Assembly (NCBI GenBank): GCA_020137815.1
Contig: CM035350.1
Span: 4,836,001-4,900,000, forward strand
Direction of reading: 5' to 3'
From: Hormiphora californensis
Taxonomy: Eukaryota; Animalia; Ctenophora
DNA: 64,000 nt
Position 1 is the first letter of the stretch. Every line of letters begins with the position of its first letter. Positions 27,121 to 58,781 of this stretch are shown here, in pieces. A program made the translations under genes and the position numbers. The notes beneath the pieces were generated by a model, which searched no databases, had not been told where the DNA came from, and saw only the letters and a program-made list of their open reading frames with translations.

Positions 27121-30100
27121 TCACGTCGGTTTCTGTCGCGGAAAAAATAAGTTGCTATCCAGTTTCACGTCTTCCTCCTCCTCCTCATCACTTCCCTCTT
27201 TATCGGGTATTCTGGAAAGCTGCTCTGCAATGTCCATCTCCCTCACCTTCCCATCCTCCCCGACACCACCCGGCTTTATCACTCCTGAGTATACGGGGAG
27301 AGATGGTTATGTTCTAACCCTCCTTTACGGGTCCTGGTGAATTAGGGTCGAGCAAGGCAAAGTAGAAACTGGTTTTTCACCTCGCTCAACCCTCCCCCCA
27401 GCCAATGATAGAGTTGGTTACGAAGTCACCCATTTACTCTGTAAATGGGGGCGTCTCGCACGCGGTTACCTTTTCTGTGCATGTTGTCAATAAGATTAAT
27501 CAGCTTGTTTGCCTCTGCCTCCTTCTCCTCGTCAGTCATGTTCTTCAAGATCGTGTTCTCCCGTGTTGGACCTAGGATGTTACTAGTAAAGGACCTTGAT
27601 TCGTAAATACCCATTGCCATGGTAACCATGTTACTAGTTGTCATGGTAACCATGTTACTAGTTGCCATGGTAACCATGTTACTAGTTGCCATGGTAACCA
27701 TGTTACTAGTTGTCATGGTAACCATGTTACTAGTTGTCATGGTAACCATGTTACTAGTTGCCATGGTAACCATGTTACTAGTTGTCATGGTAACGATGCT
27801 ACTAGTTGTCATGGTAACGATGCTACTAACCTGCTGTTACTAGATCCACATTACTCTCCTTGTACTCCTCTGTATCACTTTCCTCATCTGGAGACATCTC
27901 ATCGGCCCTGATTGAACCTGCCCTCCCCGCTGCAGCGGCACCCATCAAGCCATGCCTATTGAACAGCCCAGCAGAGTTTCCATACCCCGTATACCTAAAA
28001 ATAAGGAGAAGGTGAAACTTTAAGGTTTTCGAGCTTTGCCATCTACAATACCCGGGAGGTATGATATGAGACTTGATATGCTTAGCTTAGTTCCCCGAAA
28101 ATATTTCCTTCTTACTTGATCATTCGATTGACATTTCGTTTGCAGAGGGTGAAAATTAGCTCCGAAGCTAGAACATTGATTGACTGGTTGACGTTTGTCA
28201 TCAGTTTAACAACCTGAGGGGGGAAGGAGTGAGGAGTGTAAAGAATTAGGTTGCTATGACAATGTACAATGCACAGCTGGACATACAGGGGGTGGGGTTA
28301 CATACCTTGCTCTTAATATGTGTAGTTTCCTCCTCAGGGCGGCGGGTAACCTTCCCCAGAGAGGGCAGTATCTCCTTCCTCAAATACTTCCTGCCCATAG
28401 CCACCCCAGCTAACTTGTTGAGCACACTCAGGAGAGCTAGAATCACCATACTGTCCGCTAAACGAGGAGAGAGGAACTTAGAAATGGGGCTTCAATACTC
28501 AATACTCAAAACTTAATAATACAGTTGTAGTATTTCGTTGTGGGGTTCAATACTCGAAACTTAATAATACAGTTGTAGTATTTCGTTGTGATTATCCCGC
28601 CACAGTTTACTGTCGGCTTGAGCACTTATTGCCGGAAACCAGTTGGATCCTAGACATGATGGAAATCTTGTTGGAGCTCCAAGTTCTACTGCGAGCCGAT
28701 CATGGACTCCAATACTCAAAAGTCAAAACTTTGCGATTCAGAAGAATGAAAATTGTCTTTTACCTTTTTTCTCTTTTGCAGCTTCCGTCTCAAGTTGTGT
28801 TAGTAAGCGCTTCAGAAACGACACATCTCTTCCGCCAAATACATCTTTCGAGCGGGATCTGCAACAAAGAGTTAGACACGTGTGGAGAGATCCCAAATAG
28901 TGGAAGATAAAAAATCGAGTGACTCCAGTTCCCCATATAACCTACTTTTCATTTGCCTCAGGTACAAATTGATGAGGGAACATAGAGGCAGCATTAATTA
29001 GACAAGGTATAAACTTCTCCACAGCCCTTAGGTACTGTACCGACTTCTCAGTGAGATTGACACCCCGGTAAAAGTTTTGAAGGAAGGAGAGATAGGAGGA
29101 GAGGTCGGGTGTTAGCTCCAATTGTGTAGCAGTGTCATCCCATGTATGCGTCACGTTGAACAGCGTCATGAACAAATCTGGAGGGGGGGGGGGGGTAGTG
29201 AATGATAGGGATTACAGATCTCTGAGGGGGGGGGGGGGGTAGTGAATAATAGGAATTACAGATCTGGGGGGAGGGGAGGGGGGGGGGGGGTAGTCACTCT
29301 GGAAGAGCAATGACGATCAGAGAAAGAGAAGGGTGACAGAAAATCAGAGATGAAAGGACAAAGGAAGGGACAGAGGGTGACAGAAAATATGTTTTCCTAC
29401 CTACACAAAGAAGCAATTCTCTATCTGATAACGTTACACAACTCTCCTTGGAAGCCCAGCTTTTTCCATGGACTATCTTGGTACATGGTGTAGGCTCGGT
29501 GGCCTGGTATATCACATGGCACACAACACTAAATATTGTACCAAGACCATCACCCTCGATCACTCTCTTTTTCATGTCAGCAGATACAGAGGTGAAGAGA
29601 AATGCCATTTTGCAGTTTATCACCAGGGTATCGTGATCCTGGGGATGGCGTGTTCATTAGTTTCAGCCGCAGGCATGTAGGGGAAGTTTTGAAAGTGGTG
29701 GGGCCAAATTTTTTTGGTCACGTGATATGACATACACTGACTTTTCTATTGAAAATTTGAATAGATCGGGCGAAGCGACAGCGGAGCCCGAGAAAATTTT
29801 TCGGTTTTTAGGCCAAAAAGTCATAGTTTTTGTCTAATCATGAAAAGTACTGGGGCCATGGCGTACCCTGCCCCCCCCTTCCCCTACAGGCGTGTTCAGC
29901 CGTGAGTGATTGTTTTTATGAAAAAGTGGTTATGCAAGGACTGCAGCAATTTAAAAAGAGGGGCGTTTGTGCCGCGCGCTTTACTCCCAGAACTCTCTCT
30001 GGCGCGTTACAGACATTCCACTGACTAAGAGTTCAATATGAAAATTTCAAACTTCTGTGTTCGAGAGAGTGCGAACTGCGAGAGAGCCCCAATTCATTGC

Positions 30101-31492
30101 TGATTGCTCCTAAAGCAGAAAGCTCACTATCTCATAGTAATGGGTGTGAACATCTGGGGAACATCTATTTCCCTATCTCTCTCTCTCTCTCCCTCTATCT
30201 CATTTACCAGGTCTTTGAAGCATTTTAGCTCGTCGAACACATTCACATCAGCAAAGGCTTCAAAACACGCCGCTTGGCAGAGGGGATTGTGGTAGGTTAT
30301 ATTAAAAACTGCCCGTCTTGCATTCAGAGTCCGACTTGTGGAGGGAGCATCCTGAAGAGAGGATGTATGTTATAGCTTGCAGATATATGCGGGGGACCGG
30401 GGAGGTGAAATACATACCACAGAGGTATGCGGCAAGAACTTCAAAAACGGACATAGTAACAGGGAGAGTTTGTTACTTTAACTAAGAGAACAACGACTAG
30501 CAAAGTCCACCCGCTGCTGCAGAGGGGACTAGGAAACAGTTGCTAATGACACACGGAAGAAAAGTTACACCGCTTGTTTATGTTGCACTCACCTCGTGAA
30601 TGTTGGTAAGCTTTGCTAGCTCCAGAAGTCGGACAAAGAGGCGAGGTGTCATTAGAGATGATACCCTTTTATCTCGGACACAGATTTTACAGTTTAGTAA
30701 CACCGCACCAAGTAACTCAGGGTCTTCGCTCTCCTCTGTTGTTATCACGTGATCAAAAACCAGCGCTAGGTACTCTGGGAGAGAGGGGAGGGGTGAGGTT
30801 TAGAGTACTCTGGGAGAGAGGTGAGCGGGTGTGAGGTTTAGAGTACTCTGGGAGAGAGGGGAGGGGTGTGAGGCGAGGGGTGAGGTTTAGCAGAGTACTC
30901 TGGGAGAGAGGGGAGGGGTGTGAGGCGAGGGGTGTGAGGCGAGGGGTGAGGTTTAGCAGAGTACTCTGGGAGAGAGGGAAGGGGTGTGAGGCGAGGGGTG
31001 AGGTTTAGAGTACTCTGGGAGAGAGGGGAGGGGTGTGAGGCGAGGGGTGAGGTTTAGAGTACTCTGGGAGAGAGAGAGAGGAGGGGTGATGTTTAGAGTA
31101 CTCTGGGAGAGAGGGGAGGGGTGTGAGGCGAGGGTGAGGTTTAGAGTACTCTGGAAGAGAGGGAGGGGTGTGAGGCGAGGGGTGAGGTTTAGCAGAGTAC
31201 TCTGGGAGAGAGGGGAGGGGTGTGAGGCGAGGGGTGAGGTGTATAGTACTCTGGGAGAGAGGGGAGGGGTGTGAGGCGAGGGGTGAGGTTTAGCAGAGTA
31301 CTCTGGGAGAGAGAGGGGAGGGGTGAGGTTTAGAGTACTCTGGATGAGATGGATTCTCTCTCCCTCACCTTCTATTCGATCGAGATCTTCATCTGTGGTG
31401 TGGAAGGCAGTGTGGGTCGAGTTGAAAGAGTTGAGTTCATCTACCCTCCTGTCTCTCTTATCGCAACTCAATATCTCTACTAGGTGATCCAT
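27121..31492 (-). CDS. RIC8: Ric-8 / synembryn, G-alpha GEF and chaperone
   Basis: 11 phase-consistent exons (31492-31369, 30765-30593, 30351-30208, 29638-29401, 29177-28946, 28858-28764, 28457-28306, 28213-28116, 27994-27831, 27571-27470, 27284-27121). Hallmarks RKYLRKEILP..RRPE, IKYTGYGNSAGL, SDTEEY, MTDEEKEAEANKL. Confidence 0.93.
27613..27828. repeat. 24-bp minisatellite, ~9 copies, filling most of a Ric-8 intron
   Basis: Unit GTTG(C/T)CATGGTAACCATGTTACTA. Confidence 0.95.
29670..29894. mobile_element. hAT-type MITE (225 bp)
   Basis: Ends CAGGCATGTAGGGG / CCCCTACAGGCGTG, 8-bp TSD TTCAGCCG. Confidence 0.8.
30770..31343. repeat. G-rich ~35-48-bp minisatellite filling Ric-8 intron 1
   Basis: Unit AGAGTACTCTGGGAGAGAGGGGAGGGGTGTGAGGCGAGGGGTGAGGTTT, roughly a dozen variable copies. 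Confidence 0.9.
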
Positions 31493-31640
31493 GATAGCAG
31501 CTAATCAGGGGATTCGATTTGAAGTTGGTTATTAATCAAACTGTGAAGTTTAAGTATACATATTGGTTACAAAAGATCCCCTATTACGCTCCGGGAGCTC
31601 GCGTTGAGGGGTATAGTAAGTTCATGGTAGAATTATATGT

Positions 31641-34250
31641 GCCAACGCCGGAACGTTTCGGGACACAATAGGGACACATTCAGGGCACATTTTAAGGATA
31701 GGTTCAGGACAGGTTCGGGACACATTCAGGACACATTGAGGACATGCCAGTCCTTCAGGTAGATATATCTGATCTGTTAGTCAACCAGCTTATCACTCGG
31801 GTTGTTGTTGTTGTTGTATGCGCCTCCGCTTCCAATCCTCTACTTGTGATTTTATCCCGTCCGGCAGCCAGTTCCTCACGCCCGAGAAGGACGGAGCTCA
31901 GGTTCCAGAGTTTCCTCTTTCCCCCGGGAGAGTTTTCTTCCTCCGTCTTATGTCCATGGTTTTGGAGATAAGGGTGGAATCGTCTCCCATAACTATCTTA
32001 ACAGGTCCCATGAAGAGGACCGCACCAGCACTGTTTTCACATTGTGCCAGTCTCGGATATCTCCAGCGACCCTTGGTGAGTGGCATCTCAGCATTGATCG
32101 CTCTAGATGTGGCCTTGGCTAGGACAATTCGGACGCTCCATTGACTATGGCACCTTTGTAGATTTTGCGCTGCCAACCTCTGATTTGTAATCAGTACTCC
32201 ATGTGGGTTCATGGAACATCACTTTTTGTTCGTGATGCAGATGCAGCGTCCGGCCGTTCATGGGGTAGTTAGGGCAGGTTCCTTCCCAATTAACGGAACT
32301 CTGGCGTGTGAAATGTTTAGTGGGTTAGGTATCTATGTGCGTCACTCATAGAAATTTGTTTTGTAGCATGGGATAGTGGTTTGTTCTGTTTGTTGATCAG
32401 GTTTTTGTGGAGGCTTGTTTGTTAGTAGAGAGTGATGATGTTGGTTTGTTACCTTCATCGTTTGGGGGGTAATCGCCATTTGGGAATATCCTACGCTTCT
32501 CATGGACTTTTGAAGAAGCGTAGGTAGTAGCGAGGCTACTGGTTAGTGTAGTTTCTCCCTGTTGGGCTACGGAAACACCCCTTGAGTTTATCTCGACCTC
32601 GGCGTGGGAATTTTGCCGAGTGTCGGTGGTAGCTAACCAGTTATGACCTAGCTTGTTAGACCTTTTATACCTGTCCAGAGGCTAGGTGGACAGAAGGTAG
32701 ATGTGGGCCAGTTGAGATTAGACCTCCTCCAGCCTGGACTTTTGCTGGAGGACGGGTTTTGGCCGGTATTTAGCCATCTACTTTGGCCCAGTGCACAAGG
32801 CTGGGGAGATGGTGTAATACCGGCCGGGGGTATCTCTATTCAGAGAGAGATGAGTCATGAGCGGATTAGAGAAAGGAAGAGAGAAAAACACACCACCCAA
32901 GGAGGGCAGCTCTGTTTCCTTGGAGTGGTATGTGAGATGCTCCAGGCAGTTCAAGAGCTTCATGGTTTACCCCGGGGTATGCCGGGTCACCCCTGAAGAT
33001 TCCCTGCCTGGTCTGTAGGACACTATTGCTATCTAAAAAAAATAGACATTAGCCGCGGCCTGCATCTCAAGGGCGTGGGAAGGAATCTCACCCTCCTTAT
33101 CACTCGGGTAACACATGGCGTGGTGAGTGGTGACTTGAGACGGGTACAGTATGTCAGGTCACGGTACGTGGTCGTCACTGCACCGATTATTGTGTGACGT
33201 GACCACAACCTTATTATCGTAACACTGAGATAGACCTTCTGTAACAATTAGACCGATTTAGTCGTAGCGGGAAGGGAAGGTCTGACATGTGATCATGACA
33301 CGCAACTGCTAATTATGGGAGCTGCTGCCTTCGTCTTGATGAGGCCCCCAATTAGTGAGACCAGCTGCAAGGGGTGGTTTAATAAGTAACTGCTAATGGG
33401 AGGTTACACCCGTCATTATCATGTTATTGAGCCTACCAATTACGGACACCCCTGGTACCAACAGGTATAAAAACAACCTTACGGGCTCGATATAACTAAC
33501 CAATATGACTTTCTTTTCATACTCCGACCTGCTGGCTAACGGAATCCTTGACTCTGAAGCCAACGCCTGCCACTACCTCATCTCCAAGAAGATTATTCCC
33601 ACTCGACGAACCTGTCCCATCTGCTCCTCCGAGATGGCGATCAAGTCCTGCTCTACCACCCAGTACTCTGATGGATTCTGTTGGAGGTGTACCTGTGGAT
33701 GCAAGATATCCGTTCGGGAGCACAGCATCCTCGAGAACAAGCAGACTCCATTCCGAACATTCGTGGGGATCCTTTACTGTTACTCCTCGAGAACTACCCC
33801 TGCGATTGCAGCTCAGCAACACCATCTAGATCAGCGTACGGTGAAGCAGTACTACACCATAATCCGAGAGAAGATGAAGGGGGAGATCAGCGCTGACAAG
33901 ACCCTGGACATCACTGAACATGCTTGGCTAAAACAGAAGGGAGCAACAACCGTGTCTGATACGAACAGACTGTTTTCTATGCTACTGCCAGAGTTGTTGT
34001 ATTATCGTAACTGGTGTTAAGACTTGCAGTTATTCAATTTTTGTACCTGTTAAATTTTACACTGCCGACTATTATAATAGTTCAAAATAAAGTGTGCGTG
34101 TCTTATTTTTCACCAAAACCGGGAGGAGGGTAAAGTAAATGATTCACGATATGTTCACGATCTGCCAATGTGTCCCGAATCTGTCCTGAGTATGTCCTGA
34201 CTGTGTCCCGAACCTGTTCTCAATGTGTCCCGAAACTTTCCGGCGGTGGT
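31641..34250. mobile_element. 2.6-kb TIR element carrying a Merlin/IS1595-related ORF
   Basis: TIR (G/A)CCA(A/C)CGCCGGAA(C/A)GTTTCGGGACACA with inverted subterminal GGACACATT repeats; ATGT on both flanks. Confidence 0.8.
33505..34020 (+). CDS. Merlin (IS1016/IS1595-like) transposase derivative: Zn-finger + HTH + C-terminal helix, no DDE core (171 aa)
   Basis: CPICSSEM...DGFCWRCTCGCKISVREHS matches the Merlin N-terminal CPxC..M..DG..WRC..SIR..S pattern. No VEIDES/DDE block. Upstream TATAAAAA at 33466, AATAAA at 34086. Confidence 0.72.
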   Translation: MTFFSYSDLLANGILDSEANACHYLISKKIIPTRRTCPICSSEMAIKSCSTTQYSDGFCWRCTCGCKISVREHSILENKQTPFRTFVGILYCYSSRTTPAIAAQQHHLDQRTVKQYYTIIREKMKGEISADKTLDITEHAWLKQKGATTVSDTNRLFSMLLPELLYYRNWC

Positions 34251-34424
34251 ATGTCATTGTACCAATTTCATTACCAATAAACATACTTGGTGTAATAATA
34301 AATATGACTAAAACCAAAACAAACACACATGACACACATACCATAACTCACTATAACACATAAATTCCAGGTAAAAAGTAACGATAAAACTCTGAGCAAC
34401 GCATGCAGTTGAAACGGGCAGATT

Positions 34425-35803
34425 TTAATGGAGAGAAGATAAAAATTTGAAGAGAGATGAGTGCCATAGTTTAGGGTCATCAAGGTAGCAAGAGTGACTG
34501 CCAGAAGGAATCTTGACGAGGCTCACACCTGGCACCTTAGCTAACATCTGCTCCACCTATATGTAGGGAGGGAGGGGGTCAAGGGAGAGTGGCAACTATA
34601 TTGAGGTAGAGAATGCAGACTATTCATTACTCGTTATATAGTGACCCAGTAAAAAAGACGAATGATCCCCTTACCATTGGTCCGAATACTGAATCTTTTT
34701 CTCCGTATACAGCCAATACCGGCATCTTTAGTGCCTCATACTCCTGTTCAGTGTGCTTGTTGAGGGAGACTGGTGCGATAGGGACCCAGCCGCCAAGAAT
34801 TGTAGGGTTGGTGAAAACAAAGGGGACGGCATACTCTCCACTCATGGATGGGGAAATAACCACTGGGGGTACACCTGGGGAGGATAGGATCAGTAGAATG
34901 TATGTCTTAGGGGGAAAGAAGGTATAGGGATGTAGTGGTCTAGCAGAATAGGGGAAGGGGTGTAGCAGAATTGTTGATCCCGAATTAATCCAAATAAAAA
35001 AGCTGGAGCACACTTACGATTATCGAAAAATTCGATGAACTCTTTCAGGAAAAGTTCTTTAGGGAAATCCTTATGAATGGAAGAGGAATGCCCATAGCCG
35101 GGTAAATCGAGTGCTATTGCCCTGTAACCTATATCAGGAGGTGATTTGAGTTAGAGAATTTGTTGTAAACCGAGTCTTTTCATATTCTCATAAATATGAT
35201 TACAAGATTACAATATCAATATGAATATAAACCTAACACATGCTTACCCTTGAGTCGCCTGGCACTGTGTTCGTGCTCCCGCATTTAGAATAAAAAGAAA
35301 GTATGAACAATTCAAGTTTACCCGTAATTGTTCTGTTGGTAAAATTTTGAGTTGTGACATAAAATACAAATATACATAGTACAAATGGCTTATCTCCCAC
35401 ATTACCTTGCTCACGTAGCATTTCAAGAGTCCCCAGCGTTTTCCAAGTTTCTTTGCTAAACTTCATCCCGTGCAGAAGAAAGACCGTTCTTATCGGTGTA
35501 TGGACGGGTTTAAAGTTGTAAAATGCTATCTTACTTCCATTAATATCCACATGAAGTATCCCAAAGGGACTGTCGTGTATCGAACTAAGCGAATGATGAA
35601 TATCAGCATGGCGACTACAAGTAACTCCCTAAATAAAGTGATTTCAAAATGTCAGTATCCCTGTATTATACCTGCGTAAAAAAGAAGCTGACTACTTACT
35701 TTTCTGACGAGAGTGAAGATTGGAAGACCAGGACTAAGAATCCGCAGAGAAAGAAAAGTAAGACATAGAAAAGAGGGGTTTTCCGGAAGTTGGTAATCTG
35801 CAT
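34425..35803 (-). CDS. ABHD14: ABHD14-family alpha/beta hydrolase with an N-terminal hydrophobic anchor (ABHD14A-like)
   Basis: Exons 35803-35700, 35614-35406, 35128-35018, 34874-34675, 34556-34425. Motifs LLHGMKFSKETWKTLGTL, GYRAIALDLPGYG, VISPSMSG, VYGEKD, HSCYLDDP. Confidence 0.92.
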
Positions 35804-35964
35804 AGCTACCCTGACATTATCTGCAGAAATTTAAAACTTGTATTTCAAGGGTTTAGAAAGATGTAGATGACTGCCGAATTAGTACGAAGTGAACAGGGGT
35901 GGCGAAATGATTGTTCTCTAGGGAGCGGATGCACACCCGGCCGGCACCGGGGAATGGGGATTCT

Positions 35965-36906
35965 GGCAGGTCGGTAGAACTTCGACAGAATTTAGGGTAG
36001 GTCTGAATTTAGGGTAGGTCTGAATTTAGGGTAGGTCTGAATTTAGGGTAGGTCTGAATTTAGGGTAGGTCTGAATTTAGGGTAGGTCTGAATTTAGGGT
36101 AGGTCTGAATTTAGGGTAGGTCCGTAACGTATCGTTTATCAAAGCATTGCAATTCAATCTTAGTCACCGATTAGGTCGCTGAACCGCGTCCCGTATCTCG
36201 TATCAACTTATTGAAATTCGAGGTTAGACATAAATTAGGTCCCTGAACCACGTCCCGTATCTCGTACCAACTCATTACAATTCGAGGTTAGACACAAATT
36301 AGAGGGCAAACGAATTGTTTTTTTCTTAAACAGGTTTCAACTCAGGATGGAACTCTTTAAGTCTACGTGCATAAACTAATTAGTGAACAGTCAAACAGTC
36401 CTAATTTCATTTGATGCGATACGGAACACAGTCTACCTACCTAACTCAGTTCACCTACTTTAAGTAGTTCTTAGTCTCGGTGACTAAGATGGAATTGCAA
36501 TGAGTTGATACGAGATACGGGACGTGCTTCAGCGACCTAATCTGTGGCTAACCTCGAATTTCAATGATTTAATACGAGATACGGGAAGTGGTTCAGCGAC
36601 CTAATCGGTGACTAAGATCGAATTGAAATGAGTTGATACGAGATACGGGACGCGGTTCAGCGACCTAATCAGAACCTAATGTCGAATTGCAATGCTTTGA
36701 TAAACGATACGTTACGGACCTACCCTAAATTCAGACCTACCCTAAATTCAGACCTACCCTAAATTCAGACCTACCCTAAATTCAGACCTACCCTAAATTC
36801 AGACCTACCCTAAATTCAGACCTACCCTAAATTCAGACCTACCCTAAATTCAGACCTACCCTAAATTGACCTACCCTAAATTCTGTCGAAGTTCTACCGA
36901 CCTGCC
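35965..36906. mobile_element. Foldback MITE with 17-bp tandem repeats in the arms (GG termini, Merlin-like)
   Basis: TIR GGCAGGTCGGTAGAACTTCGACAG, then (GAATTTAGGGTAGGTCT) about 8 copies left and about 10 inverted copies right; 8-bp TSD GGGATTCT. Confidence 0.88.
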
Positions 36907-37751
36907 GGGATTCTTATCAACATTTTGGCGATTAGAAAAATTAACTCCACTGCACTGTGCACCCGGGGTCAGGGCCCAGGGGCTGCAGCCACGCCCCACG
37001 GTCAGTGGGAGTGAAACCCCCACAAGCAGGGACCAGGGGCGAAGCTCCAGCGGGGGTGTAGGTGCAGAACCAGCGTGAGTAGTCAGCAGGGGCTAGGGCC
37101 AAGTTTTGAATTTTTGGAGGAGCGAGAACAGTTGGCAAACCAGGGATGTCGCTGGGCCTTCGGCCTAGCTCGTAACTGTGCTGTGTGCAGTGTGCGTCGA
37201 GGGGCCTTGGGAAGCGCATGGCAGAGGGTGTCCGGTGTGGGGGTGAACCCCCCCCCCAAAAAGCGGGTTCGGGCGCGATTATAATCTGGGTGCCTTGCAG
37301 CGTGTTTACAGGTGCCAAGAAAGTACACCTAAAACCACTTAGACCGACTTATTTCAAAGGAAAACAAGTTCGATTTTTTGAAGTTGTCAAAAAATCCGAC
37401 TTTAACTTTTTACTGATATGAACTTTTTTAGGATCCCTATAAGGCAGCGCTTTTCAAGAAAAGCGCTGCCTTATCCCGCGCTATCGGCCAACGAAACAAA
37501 AAAAAGACGTTCGCGTTATTTAATTTTTATTTCTCCTTCGCTGGTCGATAGAACCACTGCCAAGGCTCCTTTTCACAGCAAAAGAGTCCTCTTTGTTGTT
37601 AGAGATATCTTGTGTTTGTAATCTTTGTATTATCCTCGAATTTTGTACCCTAATAAGATCAATTCCTCGATTTAGAATGAAAACCGTTCTGGGAAAAGAC
37701 GACTGTGCACACGTGAATGAGCTATTCTGTATCCTCCGGTCTTCATGAGCA

Positions 37752-38991
37752 ATGTCAAACGAAAAAGATCTCGACAGCTTTAGGCAGGCATGGAAATTTG
37801 AGCTTTCTAGCCCCCAGGAGTCCCGACATGCTCGAGCTAAGCAGCTCTACCTCAAGGGAGTTGAGCTTGAAAGAGAAGGAATGTGTTATGAAGCAATAGA
37901 GTTCTTCAGACAGGCCCTTAAGCTTGTTCCCGACCTAGAGAAGCATGTTGATGTCAGGAAGGAACTAGAAAACTTCAATCCATCCACTTCTAACTCCACT
38001 GGTCTCGAGTTCTATGAGGTAACTATTGTTGATATATCGTGGAAATACACTGTACATATTATATACTTCTGAGTTTGTGTGTTTTAAAACTTTGCCATTG
38101 TTTCAGGACGATGCTGGGCCATCCAGCCAGGGAACTGCAGTAGCGGATCCATGGATGGTAAAGTTCAACTCGACAGAGCTAGATTTTGATGAAACGGAGA
38201 CCTGTGAGAGAGGTTACAACTCCTCGTCAACACACATTTCATATCTACCTAATGAGATTGTTCTACAAATATTCGGATATGTAGTTTCAACTGAGCTTGA
38301 TATGAAGTCCCTGGAAACCATTGCAGGGGTGTGTAAGTGGTTCTACAAACTTTCCCGAACACCCCGCATCTGGCAGGCGGCGTGCTTTAAAATTTGGCCC
38401 GATCTCCGTTCCCAAATAACCGACATCGAGGAGGGGGAGAGTTTCACGAGCTGGAGGGGGATGTTTATCAACCGACCTCACCTCCGGTTTGATGGTGTCT
38501 ACATTAGTAGGATCAAGTATTACCGTGAGGGAGAACAAAAACCCAGCCTGTGTTGCTCCCTCCAGACAGTGTTCTACCACCGCTTCCTCCGCTTCTTCTC
38601 GGACGGCCTGGTACTTGGTATGAACACCCCAACACCTCCCCAGCAAGCTGTAGCTCTCCTAAAGGACCGGAGTAACTCCAATAAAGATGTCCTTTATGGA
38701 CAGTACACGATTACTGGCGATCTCATCAAGATAACCCTCTTTAAACGAGATATGGGAGCACGAGGGAGGAGGATACGCCTCCAACCGGACCTGTCCTACA
38801 ATGCCACTCTGCAGATCGTTAAAAAGGGAGGGAAGCAGACCCTAAACTGGGTGGAGTATAACATGGTAACTAACAGGAATGGGAAGCTAACTAAGAGCGA
38901 TATAGAGCTGGAACCGCCCCATTTCTGCAGGTTCATGTTCAGCAGGGTAAAGAGTTACACTGCTACCTCCGCTGGTACTATCACCACCTAG
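37752..38991 (+). CDS. FBXO9: F-box only protein 9
   Basis: Exons 37752-38018 and 38107-38991 in phase 0. Motifs LDSFRQAWKFEL, TPR-like segment, F-box HISYLPNEIVLQIF, RPHLRFDGVYIS, VFYHRFLRFFSDG. Confidence 0.93.
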
Positions 38992-39528
38992 ATCATCATG
39001 GGAACTGCAACGCCACTAACAACAAACAATTGTTGCTGCCATTCACATTTGATCATGCTTCGTATTTTCTATCTCTTACGGACAACATTCAGCGACAGAG
39101 ACGATGTTATTGGTGGGTTACATGCCCTCATATTGGATATGTAGGAGAGAGAGAAATAAACATTCGGAGCTGGGCAGGTATTGGTTTTGTTGGTGTTACA
39201 TTGCTCGGTGTTGCATCATCACATGCGGCTTGTGCAGTTCTCTTTGTTCTAATATGGAATGTGGCGACAGTAATACCTATTAATCATGGATAAATATTTT
39301 GTGGAGAATAGAAAGAATATTATCTTTAAACCAGTCAGTAGTCTCTATTAGATGACTCTTATATTTGTCACTATCTGTCTTTTTATATATGTCTTTTTTG
39401 TAGAACAGAACATTTTTTTCTCTCCTGAATTTGCGTTTTTATTGTCTGCTCCTTGAGTACTAAACCTTTAACCCCATATATTCTGTGTCCGACTCTAAAC
39501 CATGTTAAACTCCATCTCTCAATAGCTC

Positions 39529-57999
<18,471 letters not shown>

Positions 58000-58781
58000 T
58001 ACTAATTCAAGGGGCCGTGGACCGAGCAGGAAAAGATAGAAAAAGGGGAACTAGAATTAAACGCCGGGAACAGACTTTGGGATAACCTTGAAAGACATTG
58101 ATATTCTTGTGCTGTTTTACAGACTCTTGTATCTACGTTTTGCACTTGTAGATTGCTGCTTGTTTAAGAAAATGTTTTAGAGACTGCTGTAAGTGGGCTG
58201 GGACCGTTTCTTGTGCGTGTTTGTGTGTTCGTGTGTGTGTGGGTGTGTGTGACTTCGCTGGTAAGGATTCACGGGTTTACTCCTTCATATTTTTATTCAA
58301 TTTTATGTTTTTATGTTCTGATGACCGATTTTCAAAAGAGAATTTACTTTAGATTTAGAGAAAGAGCCACCTTAGGAGTAAGTATTATGCATTGATTCAA
58401 TTGTAATATTTTAAAATGCCAAACATTTATTACACCACAAAACAAGATTTTGTAACATGTGACTTGTACCAGAGCTGTCTGGTGGCGCCAGACCCCATTT
58501 TGCTTCTCAATGCAACAATGCAACGACAGTGCAGTACGCTCAGATTCTGAGCCTCAGAATCAGATCGGGTCGGCCACAGTGAGGAGACATCGGACCCAGG
58601 TAAGTAGGAAGAACGTGTCCGTTTGTCTCATGAGTGTATCATGAGCGCTCATGATACACTCACGACACATTCATGAGACAAACGGACACATTCTTCCTAC
58701 TGACCCAATAGATGGTAGTACGTATTTACATGCAGTACAATGTGGTGGTGGTGGTACAGATAGGTTATAGCGTGCCAAACT

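Noticed and set aside
35988-36882. Tandem 17-mers (and the 24- and 32-bp arrays) as CRISPR arrays
   Set aside because: No unique spacers, no cas genes, eukaryotic context.
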